Positions 9,999 to 20,808 of a stretch of 64,000 bases of DNA are shown in pieces. Source of the DNA: Promethearchaeota archaeon (GTDB lineage Archaea > Asgardarchaeota > Lokiarchaeia > Sigyniarchaeales > SOKP01). The position numbers were made by a program, and so were the translations under genes. Below the pieces are notes generated by a model, which was not told the DNA's origin, searched no databases, and saw nothing but the letters and a program-made list of their open reading frames with translations. Position 1 is the first letter of the stretch; every line of letters starts with the position of its first letter. The DNA is taken from NCBI GenBank assembly GCA_048939015.1, contig JBHLPW010000005.1:52719-116718 (forward strand), given 5' to 3'.

Positions 9999-10105
9999 AC
10001 GAGATAATATATAGAATGTAATTTTTAAAAATTGTTAATTTAAAATATAAAATTCATTTTTAAACATGGAATCTATTGATATTATATTATTAATCATAAA
10101 AGAAC

Positions 10106-10795
10106 ATGAAGCAAATGAATTTTTTCAAAGTATTTACATTAACTCCTTGGGATTCGCTTAATTCAGAAACTTTAACTGAAGTTAAACTATACTCATTAAA
10201 GAATATATTTAACACATTTCCCGTAATCGAACCTGAGTTTTTCGATGATTTACTCTCAAATTTATACAATTTCAAACACTATTCCTGGGTTGAGAGCATT
10301 AAGAGAATAGTTGGACCGAGTGATGAAGATTATGATATTAAACCTTGGAATTTAATGTGGGGCATGGATAATGAAAGACGAATATTCCAATTCTTATTTC
10401 AAAAAGTTAAAGATGATTTAAAAGATTCAAAGGCAACCTTAGTAGCATTAGCTCCACCAGAATTAGGCAAATTATTTAGTCAACATAAAGAAGAAGCAAT
10501 ATTTCGAACTTTTTCCTTGCTTAATAATCCCAAAAAAATGAAATTCTTAATGATTTTAGCGCCTAAAGGAAAATCTCTTGCTGAAGAACAACCAATTTTC
10601 CAAATAAGTAAGGGAAGTTTAGATAAGCTTAAATTTGAAAATATGCTTAAGCAGATGCCAAATATTAAAGGACAATGGTTTCCCGAGTATTCACTTCGTT
10701 GTCCAAATTGTAATAAATTAATCACAGAGATAAAGGGATTTAATATAGGGTTTCTTAAACTAAAATGTCCTTATTGTGGTTATCAAAAGTTATAA
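10106..10795 (+). CDS. Hypothetical protein with C-terminal C4 zinc ribbon
   Basis: CPNC...CPYCG at the C-terminus; remainder unrecognised. Confidence 0.75.
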   Translation: MKQMNFFKVFTLTPWDSLNSETLTEVKLYSLKNIFNTFPVIEPEFFDDLLSNLYNFKHYSWVESIKRIVGPSDEDYDIKPWNLMWGMDNERRIFQFLFQKVKDDLKDSKATLVALAPPELGKLFSQHKEEAIFRTFSLLNNPKKMKFLMILAPKGKSLAEEQPIFQISKGSLDKLKFENMLKQMPNIKGQWFPEYSLRCPNCNKLITEIKGFNIGFLKLKCPYCGYQKL

Positions 10796-10897
10796 TATGC
10801 CATAATATTCTAAAAAAATGCTTTAAAATGATTTTTATTCGATCATCTGATCTATAACTTATTATCAAAATTAAAATTAGAATAAATTATTTTAAAT

Positions 10898-12421
10898 ATG
10901 TTTGTTGCAGCGTTAGATTTAGGGACAACAGGATGTCGAACATATATTTTTGATTTAGCAGGTACTATAATTGCCAGTGATTATCAAGAATGGGAAAGTT
11001 ATTATCCTTCACCATCATTTGTGGAACAAGATGCTAATATTTGGTGGGAATCTATTAAAAAGACAACAGAACAAGCAATAAAAAAGAGTGGAATTGATAA
11101 AACGGATATTGTTAGCCTTTCTGTTACTAATCAACGTGAAACAATTGTCCCTGTAGATAAAGAAGGTAACCCACTTCATAATGCCTTGGTATGGCAAGAT
11201 AGAAGAACAATAGACCAAGTGGAATTTATAAAATCAAAAATAGGGATAGACAAAATTTATGAAACTACCGGATTGACAATCGATCCTTACTTTTCTGCGA
11301 CAAAGATCCTATGGTTTAAAGATAAAAAACCAGAAATATATCAAAAAGCTCATAAATTCTTACTCGTTTCGGATTTTATTATTCACAAATTAACTGGTAG
11401 ATTTACTACAGACTTTTCAAACGCTTCACGTACAATGTTATTTGATATTAATAAAATGTCATATTCAGAAGAAATTGCATCAGAATTGGGAATAGATTTA
11501 GACAAAATGCCAGAAGCTTTAGAAAGCGGTGTTGATATTGGCGAAATTGTTAATGATGAAATTTCATTCGATAAGAAAACATTAGTCGTTACAGGAGCAG
11601 GAGATCAGCAGTCTGCTGCCTTAGGTGTTGGAGTTGTAGCTCCTGGAGAAATAAAATGCACCACAGGAACGGGTAGTTTTATTTTAGCGTTTTTATCCCA
11701 ACCTAAATTTGATCCTGAGAAGCGAGTCTTATGTAGCTGCCATGCAGTTCCGGGTACTTGGGTTCAAGAAGCAAGTATTTTTACAACTGGAGCTGTACTA
11801 AGGTGGTTTAGGGATCAAATTGGGCATGCTGAATGCACTGCTGCTCAAGAAGGTCAAGATCCTTATGATATTATTACCACAGAGGCAGAAAAATCTCCTA
11901 TTGGTGCAAATGGTTTAATTCTTATTCCTCATTTCGTTGGTTCTGGAGCACCCCATTGGAATCCACTTGCAAAAGGAATAATCTTTGGATTAGCCTTGGG
12001 ACATGAACGCAAGGATCTTTATAGAGCAGTACTTGAAGGTGTAGCCTTCGAAATAAGAAAAAATATAGAAGTCTTTAAAGAATTGGGAATTGAACCAAAA
12101 GAATTAATGCTAACTGGGGGAGGTTCCCGTTCTGATTTGTGGAATCAAATTTATGCCGATGTTTTAGGTATTACATGTGTCAGAAATATTATTGAAGAAT
12201 CAACATCATTAGGTGCCGCAATATTAGCGGCTTCAGGAGCGGGAATATTTCAAGATATTGCAAAAGCAGCTGAGAACTTATGCAAAGTTGATAAAAAGTG
12301 GCTTCCGAATGATGATCGACATGAATTCTATCAGAAGTTGTATCGTCTTTCATATGAAATGTATGATAATATTAATAGTAAAAATATATATCAAAAACTC
12401 AATGATCTCATAATAAAATAG
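10898..12421 (+). CDS. FGGY-family carbohydrate kinase (xylulokinase/glycerol kinase-like)
   Basis: DLGTTGCR, TNQRET, WQDRR, GDQQSA, TGTGSF and GGGSRS motifs. Confidence 0.92.
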   Translation: MFVAALDLGTTGCRTYIFDLAGTIIASDYQEWESYYPSPSFVEQDANIWWESIKKTTEQAIKKSGIDKTDIVSLSVTNQRETIVPVDKEGNPLHNALVWQDRRTIDQVEFIKSKIGIDKIYETTGLTIDPYFSATKILWFKDKKPEIYQKAHKFLLVSDFIIHKLTGRFTTDFSNASRTMLFDINKMSYSEEIASELGIDLDKMPEALESGVDIGEIVNDEISFDKKTLVVTGAGDQQSAALGVGVVAPGEIKCTTGTGSFILAFLSQPKFDPEKRVLCSCHAVPGTWVQEASIFTTGAVLRWFRDQIGHAECTAAQEGQDPYDIITTEAEKSPIGANGLILIPHFVGSGAPHWNPLAKGIIFGLALGHERKDLYRAVLEGVAFEIRKNIEVFKELGIEPKELMLTGGGSRSDLWNQIYADVLGITCVRNIIEESTSLGAAILAASGAGIFQDIAKAAENLCKVDKKWLPNDDRHEFYQKLYRLSYEMYDNINSKNIYQKLNDLIIK

Positions 12422-12572
12422 AGGATTTCATTGAGGATAGAGACATTCCTCATAATAATCAATTTTATATAGTTTAAATGTTATCTTTTCTATAATCAAA
12501 ACTTCTTAGTATTATATTAAGCATAAAATCTTATATAATACAGAAAAAAATAGAGAAGAAAAAGCATAGAGA

Positions 12573-13187
12573 GTGAAAAAAATGGAATATAATTCTTCAC
12601 CTGTAGTAAAAGAATATTCAAAGAATCAAAGAATGGTTGCTTTAATATTTTACATATTAATAGTCGGTGCGAGTATAGTTACAATAGGAGGAGTAGTATG
12701 GACATTTGCAGACATTTTTATCGGTACAACTGGAAAATGGGAGTTATACTTAGATCTTAATTTAGGATATCAGATCGCTATTATTGGAGGACTTTTAGCA
12801 GGTTTATTTTTCCTTTTGATTTTCTTTTTCGGATTATTTAAGAAGACCTCAAAATCATTGATAAACTTTATTTATAGAAAGAGGGAGCTTGAGCAAAAAT
12901 ATAAAGATCGTATTGATGTAAAAATTGCAGCTGGTGGATTAATTATCAGTTTAATAGCTATTATAATCGGGGTTATTTTTGCCGTTGTCTTAGAATTATT
13001 AAATATTTCTGCTGGAGGATCCTCATCACTTCTAACGTTTTTAGGAAGTACAGGACCTTGGGTATTATTTATTGGAGTTGCGCTCTTTTCGATTGTTGGC
13101 GTCTCCCTGTTCATGATCTATTTCTGGAAAAATGGATTTTATTTAATACTTAGATTAATTGGTGCGATCGAAAAGGAGCAGAAGTAA
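12573..13187 (+). CDS. Integral membrane protein (about 4 TM, apparent internal 2-TM repeat)
   Basis: Four long hydrophobic stretches separated by a basic loop; T-tract follows the stop. Confidence 0.78.
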   Translation: MKKMEYNSSPVVKEYSKNQRMVALIFYILIVGASIVTIGGVVWTFADIFIGTTGKWELYLDLNLGYQIAIIGGLLAGLFFLLIFFFGLFKKTSKSLINFIYRKRELEQKYKDRIDVKIAAGGLIISLIAIIIGVIFAVVLELLNISAGGSSSLLTFLGSTGPWVLFIGVALFSIVGVSLFMIYFWKNGFYLILRLIGAIEKEQK

Positions 13188-13310
13188 TAATATCCTTATT
13201 TTTTTTATTAAATCAGAAATTTTATGCTCTTTTATTTTTTTTATGTCTATAATTTCTCTAATAAATTCAAATAATTATTTTAATCAATCTTATTTGACCT
13301 ATTTGATAAT

Positions 13311-14834
13311 ATGTCAATAAAAGTTGGAACTGTATTTAACTACTTACAATTACCTAATGTATCAAAATTCCCTTTTGTGATTAATAAAAGACAAGATGGT
13401 ATTTTTATCCAAAAAGGATTGTTTGTATACACTAAATCTAATGAAGGGTTTTTAATAGGGGTTATCGAGGAAATTGTCTTATTAAATGAATATTTTACTG
13501 ACGCATTAACAATTAAAGCTTATAATAATAATGACAATCCAAACATCATTAAAGGTCTTTTTCCAAGCAAAGATTTTGAATTTGCGATCGCCATTGTAAA
13601 TTGTTTAGGATTGGTTCAGTTTAAAGATGAAAACTTAAAAGAAATTAAAAGAGTTCAACGGATGACTTATCCAGCTAGTCCTGGAGAGGGTGTTTATATT
13701 GTAGAAGATGAAATTCTCCATAAATTTCTTGGATTTGATAATGTAGATGGTTTAAATTTAGGTTATGTAAAAGTGACTAATTCTATTGCAAAAATTAACA
13801 TGAATAGATTATTAAATAAACATTTTGCAATACTTTCTATTTCAGGAGGAGGAAAAAGTTATCTCACATCAATACTAGTTGAAGAATTGTTATCTAGAAA
13901 GGAGGATTCTGGTACACCTGCGATTATATTATTTGATGTTCACGGTGAATATGTATATTTAAAAGACATTCCTGAATTAAAAGATAAAATAAAGATCCAA
14001 GATGTCTCCTACTTTCAAATTGGCACACCTAACTTATCAGCATATGTCTTTAAGAAATATCAAGAACAAATTTCACATGTTCAAGTAAGAGAACTCTCAA
14101 AATACATGAAGAAATTAATAAATGATAGTCAAAAAAAGATTTCGTTTACAATTCATGACATTATTGAATTGATTGAAGAAGAATCTGATGGAAATAGAAG
14201 TACAAAACAAGCATTAGTAGGATGGTTATCAGATTTAAAAAGACTAAATCTATTTGGCCCTCAAGAAAATCCGATAATAAATAAAATAGTAGAAAGTCAG
14301 CAATTAACCATTTTTAATTTTCAGAAAGAAATCAGTATTAGAAAAAAGCAAATTATAGTAGATTATATTTGTAATAGACTATTTAATCTCAGAAGAATGA
14401 ACAATATTCCTCCATATCTATTAATAATAGAAGAAGCCCATCAATTTTGTCCTGAAGCTGCCCATGCAAAAGCAATTTCAAAACCCATCATTGAGATGAT
14501 CGCTCGAGAGGGAAGAAAATTCATGGCGTGTTTATGCTTAATTAGCCAGAGACCAAAAAAATTAAGTACTACCGCGTTATCCCAATGTAATTCTAAATTA
14601 ATATTAAGTCTAAAAAATCCATATGATTTAAAACATCTAATGGACAGTTCTGAAGCAATTACTAAAGAGTATGCAAATATGATTTCAAGTTTAGGTGTGG
14701 GAGAAATGATTATAATGGGAAATGCTGTAAATTATCCTGTATTTATTGATGTTAGACAAAGAAAATTTAAATCTAAAAATGAGGAGATATCTTTAGCCCA
14801 ATATTGTCTTAACTGGCACAAAAAAGAAATATAA
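13311..14834 (+). CDS. herA: HerA/DUF87-family ATPase
   Basis: N-terminal HAS-barrel-like region; KHFAILSISGGGKSY (Walker A), FDVHGEY, IIEEAHQFCP (Walker B), IAREGRKF, SQRP. Confidence 0.88.
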   Translation: MSIKVGTVFNYLQLPNVSKFPFVINKRQDGIFIQKGLFVYTKSNEGFLIGVIEEIVLLNEYFTDALTIKAYNNNDNPNIIKGLFPSKDFEFAIAIVNCLGLVQFKDENLKEIKRVQRMTYPASPGEGVYIVEDEILHKFLGFDNVDGLNLGYVKVTNSIAKINMNRLLNKHFAILSISGGGKSYLTSILVEELLSRKEDSGTPAIILFDVHGEYVYLKDIPELKDKIKIQDVSYFQIGTPNLSAYVFKKYQEQISHVQVRELSKYMKKLINDSQKKISFTIHDIIELIEEESDGNRSTKQALVGWLSDLKRLNLFGPQENPIINKIVESQQLTIFNFQKEISIRKKQIIVDYICNRLFNLRRMNNIPPYLLIIEEAHQFCPEAAHAKAISKPIIEMIAREGRKFMACLCLISQRPKKLSTTALSQCNSKLILSLKNPYDLKHLMDSSEAITKEYANMISSLGVGEMIIMGNAVNYPVFIDVRQRKFKSKNEEISLAQYCLNWHKKEI

Positions 14835-14858
14835 TAGACAAATAATATATTCTTTGAT

Positions 14859-15095
14859 TTAAAGTTTATCGACTATTTCCTCTCTAATAGCAGTTCCTCT
14901 TTTATTCAAAACTATCATTTTCTTATTCTTAGAGACGCGAAATACATGAATTATTGACATACTCTCTAATTTCAGAAAGATTTCTTCTAATATTAATGAA
15001 TTTATAAAGGGAAATTCCTTTTTTAGTAGTTCTTCAAGTCTTTTATCTAATATTTCTCCCTTATTTTTAATTAAAATATCTATAATTGAATTCAT
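14859..15095 (-). CDS. Small winged-helix-like protein downstream of cdc48 (start may lie further upstream)
   Basis: Helix-helix-beta-hairpin pattern (LEEIFLKLESMSIIHVFRVSKNKKMIVL); frame stays open upstream to 15143. Confidence 0.6.
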   Translation of the reverse strand: MNSIIDILIKNKGEILDKRLEELLKKEFPFINSLILEEIFLKLESMSIIHVFRVSKNKKMIVLNKRGTAIREEIVDKL

Positions 15096-15206
15096 TACTG
15101 GTTTTTGGTTCCAACGATGAGTTTCTATAACAATCCACCTGTTTTAAAAATAAGAAATAGAGATCTATATTAAGAAATAATTATTTTCTAATTAATTTTA
15201 CGAGTT

Positions 15207-17450
15207 TTAAACAAACAATCTATCCTCTTTGGACTCCTCGATCCTTCGGCTTCTTAATTTTTCTTCAAATTTCTCGTACCATGTTAATATTTCTGTTGTT
15301 AAGGTTGGATTAATAAATTTCCTTGCTTCCTTAAAATGGTCTAATGAAACCTTTCTTGCTCTAATATTTTCTCTTAGAGCAATCATAGCTGCCTCGCGAC
15401 ACCATGTTTCAATATCTGCTCCGGAAAAACCAATAATTAAACTATTCAAGTATTCTATATCTATATTACTAGCTAAAGGCATTTCTTTAGTAAATATCTT
15501 TAAAATTTCAAGTCTTCCTTTTTCTTCAGGAGCAGGAACAAGAAGTATTCTGTCAATTCTACCAGGTCTTATTAGTGCTGGATCTAGAATATCAGGACGA
15601 TTTGTAGCAGCAATCACTACAATATCTTTCATTACTTCTAAACCATCTAATTCGGTTAAAAATTGAGATAAAACTTTCTCTGTAACCCCAGAATCAGAAG
15701 TATGCCTACCTCGACTTGGAGCAATTGAATCAAATTCATCAAAGAAGATGATACACGGAGATGCCATTTTGGCTTTACGAAAAACTTCTCTTATTGCTTT
15801 TTCAGATTCTCCCACCCATTTTGATAATAGTTCAGGGCCCTTTATTGAAATAAAATTTGCTTTACTCTCAGTGGCCACTGCTCTAGCTAGTAATGTTTTT
15901 CCACAACCTGGTGGTCCATAAAGTAGAATTCCTTTTGGAGGTGTAATTCCCATACGACTAAAGATTGTAGGATGAGAGAGTGGCCATTCAACAGCTTCAA
16001 TTAACTTTTGTTTCAAATCATCTAAGCCTCCAACGTTATCCCATGGAACATTCGGGACTTCTACAAACACTTCTCTTATTCCAGACGGAAGAATTTCTTT
16101 TAATGCTTCTTCAAAATCCTCCTTCGTTACTTCAATTTGTTCTAATAGTTCAGGATCAATAATTTCAGATTCTAAATCAATTTTTGGTAAGTAACGACGT
16201 AAAGCAGACATGGCAGCTTCTCGACATACTGCAGAAATATCTGCTCCTACAAAGCCATGAGTTATTTGTGAAAATTCTTTTAATGAAATATTTTTATCAA
16301 GAGGCATATTTCTAGTATGTATTTGAAATACCTCTCTCCTTCCTTTTTCATTAGGTACTTTTATCTCTATTTCACGATCAAATCTACCTGGACGCCGTAA
16401 TGCTGGATCTAAACTATTTGGTCTATTTGTCGCTCCGATAACAATAACTTTACCTCTCCCATGTAAGCCATCCATTAAAGCAAGTAACTGTGCAACAACT
16501 CTACGCTCTACTTCTCCAGTAACAGTTTCTCGTTTTGGAGCAATGGCATCAATTTCATCTATAAAAATAATTGATGGGCTTTTTTCCTCTGCTTCGATAA
16601 AAAGTTTTCGCAATTTTTTTTCAGATTCTCCATAAAATTTGCTCATAATTTCTGGTCCATTTATAGAAATGAAGTGTGCTTCACTTTCATTAGCAACTGC
16701 TCTAGCTAATAATGTTTTTCCACAACCTGGAGGACCTCTCAGAAGTACTCCCTTAGGTGGATCAATACCTAAGCGTTTAAATAAAGATGGATGTCTTAAT
16801 GGTAACTCTACCATCTCTCTAACACGTTGAATCTCTTTATCTAAACCTCCAACATCTTCATAAGTTATATAATGTAACCCTCTTTCGGCTTCTTCGGTAA
16901 CTTTATCACTTATATTTAATATTGTTTCTTGCTTAATAATACAAACTCCAACTGGGCGCATACTAATAACTTTAAATGTGATCTCTCTACTGATTCCAAT
17001 AGAAATAAAGATATAGTCATCAACCGTTATTGGATAATTATTTAACTTTCTTTTTACAAAACTTTCAAATCTAGGATTATTTTTAATAGGAAAATTAGAG
17101 GGAGCTAATACCACATTCTGAGCAATGTCAGCTTTTACTTTTCGAATTTCGACAGTGTCATCAATTCTAGTTCCAGTATTTTTCTGAAGTCTGGAATCTA
17201 CGCGCACAATACCTAAACCATTATCTTGTGGATAACTTGGCCATGCAATTCCAGCACTCTCCTTCTTTCCATTAACAGATATAACATCACCAGTCTGGAT
17301 CTTTAACTTTTCCATAGTTTTTGGGTCAATTCTAATAATATTACGACCTATATCTCTCTTTTTAGCCTTTTGGACACGTAATGTTACATTAGACATTTCT
17401 TTATCGTCTTTATCATCCTTCTCCTTATGATTATTGCCTCTTGATGACAT
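15207..17450 (-). CDS. cdc48: CDC48/p97/VAT AAA+ ATPase
   Basis: N-domain plus two AAA modules (GPPGCGKT twice, DEID/DEFD, RPGRFD/RPGRID). Confidence 0.97.
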   Translation of the reverse strand: MSSRGNNHKEKDDKDDKEMSNVTLRVQKAKKRDIGRNIIRIDPKTMEKLKIQTGDVISVNGKKESAGIAWPSYPQDNGLGIVRVDSRLQKNTGTRIDDTVEIRKVKADIAQNVVLAPSNFPIKNNPRFESFVKRKLNNYPITVDDYIFISIGISREITFKVISMRPVGVCIIKQETILNISDKVTEEAERGLHYITYEDVGGLDKEIQRVREMVELPLRHPSLFKRLGIDPPKGVLLRGPPGCGKTLLARAVANESEAHFISINGPEIMSKFYGESEKKLRKLFIEAEEKSPSIIFIDEIDAIAPKRETVTGEVERRVVAQLLALMDGLHGRGKVIVIGATNRPNSLDPALRRPGRFDREIEIKVPNEKGRREVFQIHTRNMPLDKNISLKEFSQITHGFVGADISAVCREAAMSALRRYLPKIDLESEIIDPELLEQIEVTKEDFEEALKEILPSGIREVFVEVPNVPWDNVGGLDDLKQKLIEAVEWPLSHPTIFSRMGITPPKGILLYGPPGCGKTLLARAVATESKANFISIKGPELLSKWVGESEKAIREVFRKAKMASPCIIFFDEFDSIAPSRGRHTSDSGVTEKVLSQFLTELDGLEVMKDIVVIAATNRPDILDPALIRPGRIDRILLVPAPEEKGRLEILKIFTKEMPLASNIDIEYLNSLIIGFSGADIETWCREAAMIALRENIRARKVSLDHFKEARKFINPTLTTEILTWYEKFEEKLRSRRIEESKEDRLFV

Positions 17451-17546
17451 AATATTTCATTTTTATATACTTTTCTTGATCTATTATTAAGAATTATTAA
17501 TTGAGTAAAAATTTTTGTGTTTATTTATTAAAAGAGATTTTTAATT

Positions 17547-18596
17547 TTATTTAATAAAGTCATCTAAGGAGACTTGAACTTTAGCATCATCTAATTTTCT
17601 TAATCTATCTAGTGCATTCTCGACTCTTTGTTTTGAAAAATTATGTTGCTCGATGAGTAAATCTTCCAATTTTTCGAAATCGATCTTTTTTTGCTTTGGA
17701 ATCCTATAATCCTTTTTTACATCAGGTTTGAGAAAAATGGTTCTAATTTTAGCTACTAAATCAATATCTAAAAAAATCTCTTTCTTACTTATCATAACAT
17801 TATTGTTCAGAATATTCTCAATAGTACCATATTTTTTAATTAAATCTAATGCTGTTTTCTGACCAATTCCTTTAATACCTGGAAAAAAATCTGTGCCAAT
17901 CAATATTCCCATATCAATTAGTTGCTCTCGGTTGATTCCAAGATTATTTAAAAATTTGGAAAATGAAACATATTCGATGTCTAAAGTAACAGTTGTATCT
18001 CTAACTTTCCTACTTCTACTTACTGCGAAATTTCTTATCAATCTCTCTCCCCCAAATAATAAAGTATCATAATCTTGAGAAGCACATGCCCACGCATCTC
18101 CCTTCTCAACGAGATAAGCAGATTGAGCTTCTCCTTCAGAACTGGCCTGAATTATTGGAATTCCCATATATTCAATTAATTTTTTACTTTCTTCTACCAT
18201 CCCAGCGTCTAATGTAGAAGTAAATTGTGCGAATTTTTTAGCCTCTTTAAAATCTTCATCATCTTGCGCTTTTATCATTTTTTCTTTTGCTTCTTCTTTA
18301 ATTTTCTTCCTTTCTCTTACGGTTTCCAATTTTAATTCAGAGGAAATACCATCAAATACATAAATGGGTTTAATATTGTGCTCTATAAAATTAATTGTTC
18401 TATAAAATAGTCCAGAAAGATGTGATGTTACATTCCCCTGATAATCTTTTAAAGGAGTTCCATCTCTTTGCCGAATTATGGCTAAAAACTGGTAAATTGT
18501 ATTAAAAGCATCTATAGCTATACTCTTTTTAAATAGATTTTCAAATGTGATTGTTCTTTTAACTTCATTAACTAGTTCATTAATTTTTACGCCCAT
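17547..18596 (-). CDS. fen: Flap endonuclease 1
   Basis: MGV start, IDAFNTIYQFL, TSHLSG, EGEAQ, SQDYD, GTDF; C-terminal PIP box QVSLDDF. Confidence 0.97.
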   Translation of the reverse strand: MGVKINELVNEVKRTITFENLFKKSIAIDAFNTIYQFLAIIRQRDGTPLKDYQGNVTSHLSGLFYRTINFIEHNIKPIYVFDGISSELKLETVRERKKIKEEAKEKMIKAQDDEDFKEAKKFAQFTSTLDAGMVEESKKLIEYMGIPIIQASSEGEAQSAYLVEKGDAWACASQDYDTLLFGGERLIRNFAVSRSRKVRDTTVTLDIEYVSFSKFLNNLGINREQLIDMGILIGTDFFPGIKGIGQKTALDLIKKYGTIENILNNNVMISKKEIFLDIDLVAKIRTIFLKPDVKKDYRIPKQKKIDFEKLEDLLIEQHNFSKQRVENALDRLRKLDDAKVQVSLDDFIK

Positions 18597-18667
18597 TTTT
18601 CCTAGTAATCCCTATTTTCAATATTAATTTCTGGTACAACATATATAATTTCCACTAATATATTATA

Positions 18668-19204
18668 CTATTTTTTTGGTCGTCTTCTTAATTTTGATCC
18701 ACAAGTTTCACATACTTGATTTAATTCTTCAGCATTATGAATTTTTTTGCATTGTGGGCAATAAATTTCCCATATTATCTTGGAATTAATCCCATCTTTA
18801 TATAAAGGAGAAAATGGAATATTTAATTCAGAACATACATTTTCAATGGAATAGTCATTAGAATATATTTTTACGTCTTTATTTGAGTTTTCCATCAATT
18901 CTAAAGCTAATGCAATTATTTCTTTATCTGCATTTGATAAAGCTTTGATATCTCCAGTTTTTCTTGAAATTTGATTTACTTTCTTAATATATTTAAATTC
19001 AGGTGACTTAATTGTTAATTTTTTAGTCTCAATTGATACATTTATTTTGTTTATTATATTTCGATTTTTTTCAGTATATCGGCTATCTTGCACTTCCTCA
19101 ATTATTAAAGGAGATGTATAGATTTCTGCTGCCAATACATTAAAATCAATTCCTGTAAGGAATATATTCGTATCAAAGATAAATAAAGATGTTTTTTCTT
19201 TCAT
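18668..19204 (-). CDS. nob1: Nob1 PIN-domain endoribonuclease with zinc ribbon
   Basis: FDTN, LSNAD, NDYSIENV, CPQC...CETCGS. Confidence 0.9.
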   Translation of the reverse strand: MKEKTSLFIFDTNIFLTGIDFNVLAAEIYTSPLIIEEVQDSRYTEKNRNIINKINVSIETKKLTIKSPEFKYIKKVNQISRKTGDIKALSNADKEIIALALELMENSNKDVKIYSNDYSIENVCSELNIPFSPLYKDGINSKIIWEIYCPQCKKIHNAEELNQVCETCGSKLRRRPKK

Positions 19205-19264
19205 ATCACTAATCTATATTAATAAATAGTAAGAAATATTATTAATTCCAATTTTTTAAAGAGG

Positions 19265-20164
19265 TTATTCTTCAGGTGAATCATCAATTGGTACTCTTCT
19301 TACAGTACCAATGATTTTCTTTCTTAAACGATTATAATAACTTCCTTTAAACCGAATAAATTTATTATAGGAATTTGCTTTACGAATTCTAATTCTAGTA
19401 TTAGGCGCAATTCTCTCTATAATTTGTTGTCCATCAATTACTATTTTTGCATCTAATCTAGGCCTTAAAAGCTGAATCTCAATTTCAGAATCAATTGGTA
19501 CTATTAGCGGTTTTAAACCAGATCCAGCAAAACTATTTAAAGGAGTTATTTGCATGGTTTTCATACTAGGATGAATTATTGCTCCCCCAGCACTGAGATT
19601 ATAGGCTGTAGAGCCTGTAGGAGTTGATATGATGATCCCATCTAAATAACTTCGATTCAGAAAAACACCATCAATCCTTATAGATACTTGTAGTACTTTC
19701 GAACTTTTAGAGGAGATTATTAAAACTTCATTTAAAGCATTGCTCAACCTTATTTCACCATTATTTTTTACAATATATGCAGTTATTTTCGAACATTCTT
19801 CTAATATGTATTCGTTATTTAAGACCTTAGATAAATCATTGAAAATAATTCTTCCATTAGATTCATCCAGAAAACCTATGGAACCGACATTTACCCCCAA
19901 AATAGGAGGTGGATTCTTCTGAGATAATCCATTAGCAACTCTTAATATCGAACCATCTCCACCTACAATTAAAATGAACTTAATATTTTCTTCATTCATT
20001 TCACTAAGATCCATTGCATTATGTGGGAATATCTTTGGTGCAATTCTAGTCTCTAAGTAAACCACTTCACCTTTTTGTACCAAAAACTCAAATAATCTCC
20101 TTGTTAATCTAATTGCTCGTTCTGAATCCAACCTACAAGCTAAAGCAATTGGTTTTTTTTCCAT
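19265..20164 (-). CDS. nadK: NAD+ kinase
   Basis: GGDGS, GSIGFL, ALNE, DGIIISTPTGSTAYNLSAGG. Confidence 0.95.
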   Translation of the reverse strand: MEKKPIALACRLDSERAIRLTRRLFEFLVQKGEVVYLETRIAPKIFPHNAMDLSEMNEENIKFILIVGGDGSILRVANGLSQKNPPPILGVNVGSIGFLDESNGRIIFNDLSKVLNNEYILEECSKITAYIVKNNGEIRLSNALNEVLIISSKSSKVLQVSIRIDGVFLNRSYLDGIIISTPTGSTAYNLSAGGAIIHPSMKTMQITPLNSFAGSGLKPLIVPIDSEIEIQLLRPRLDAKIVIDGQQIIERIAPNTRIRIRKANSYNKFIRFKGSYYNRLRKKIIGTVRRVPIDDSPEE

Positions 20165-20226
20165 AACCTTCGAAATTTCTATTCAAATGTTCCAAAAAAT
20201 AATGGATAATTATGGATATTGGAAAT

Positions 20227-20655
20227 TTAGCTAGTGAATACTCTATTTATAAGTGTTCTACCTGCCAATTGCCAATATTCTACTTGAGTAGCTGAAATTT
20301 TGCTAGGATCCGCTTGGATCTCCTTTAGTTTATTTTTTAAGTTTTCATCTAGGGGCCAATCTACATCAAATGATTCATACGATTCTAAATTCATAATGTT
20401 TATTGATGTATCCTCTATGAAGTTTATTTGAGCATTCCCTTTAATGATCTCTGGAATGTCAACCATATGACCGCTTGGTATTGTGAGTGAACGTTTATTA
20501 TTATCAAACATTCCAACACACACAACTCTAACTTTAGCATGACCATGTTTTCCGCTTTTAGATCGTTCAGTACTTTTAATTATACATGGTTCTTCATCCA
20601 CCATTATGTATTGCCCAGTCTTTAATTTCTGAATCTCTGTTCTTCTAATAGACAA
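20227..20655 (-). CDS. eif5a: Translation factor aIF5A
   Basis: Hypusine loop SKSGKHGHAK; TTG start preceded by AGGTG. Confidence 0.96.
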   Translation of the reverse strand: MSIRRTEIQKLKTGQYIMVDEEPCIIKSTERSKSGKHGHAKVRVVCVGMFDNNKRSLTIPSGHMVDIPEIIKGNAQINFIEDTSINIMNLESYESFDVDWPLDENLKNKLKEIQADPSKISATQVEYWQLAGRTLINRVFTS

Positions 20656-20808
20656 TTACTTTTACACCTTTCTTTAGTTATTTTTATCCAAAATATTTTT
20701 AATTTTGACATTTCTTTTAATTTATAATATAATATATTTTTTCAAAAAAAAATATTAGTTTTTAAGTACTTATTCAAGTACATTAATAAAATTCAAAATT
20801 GGGATATA

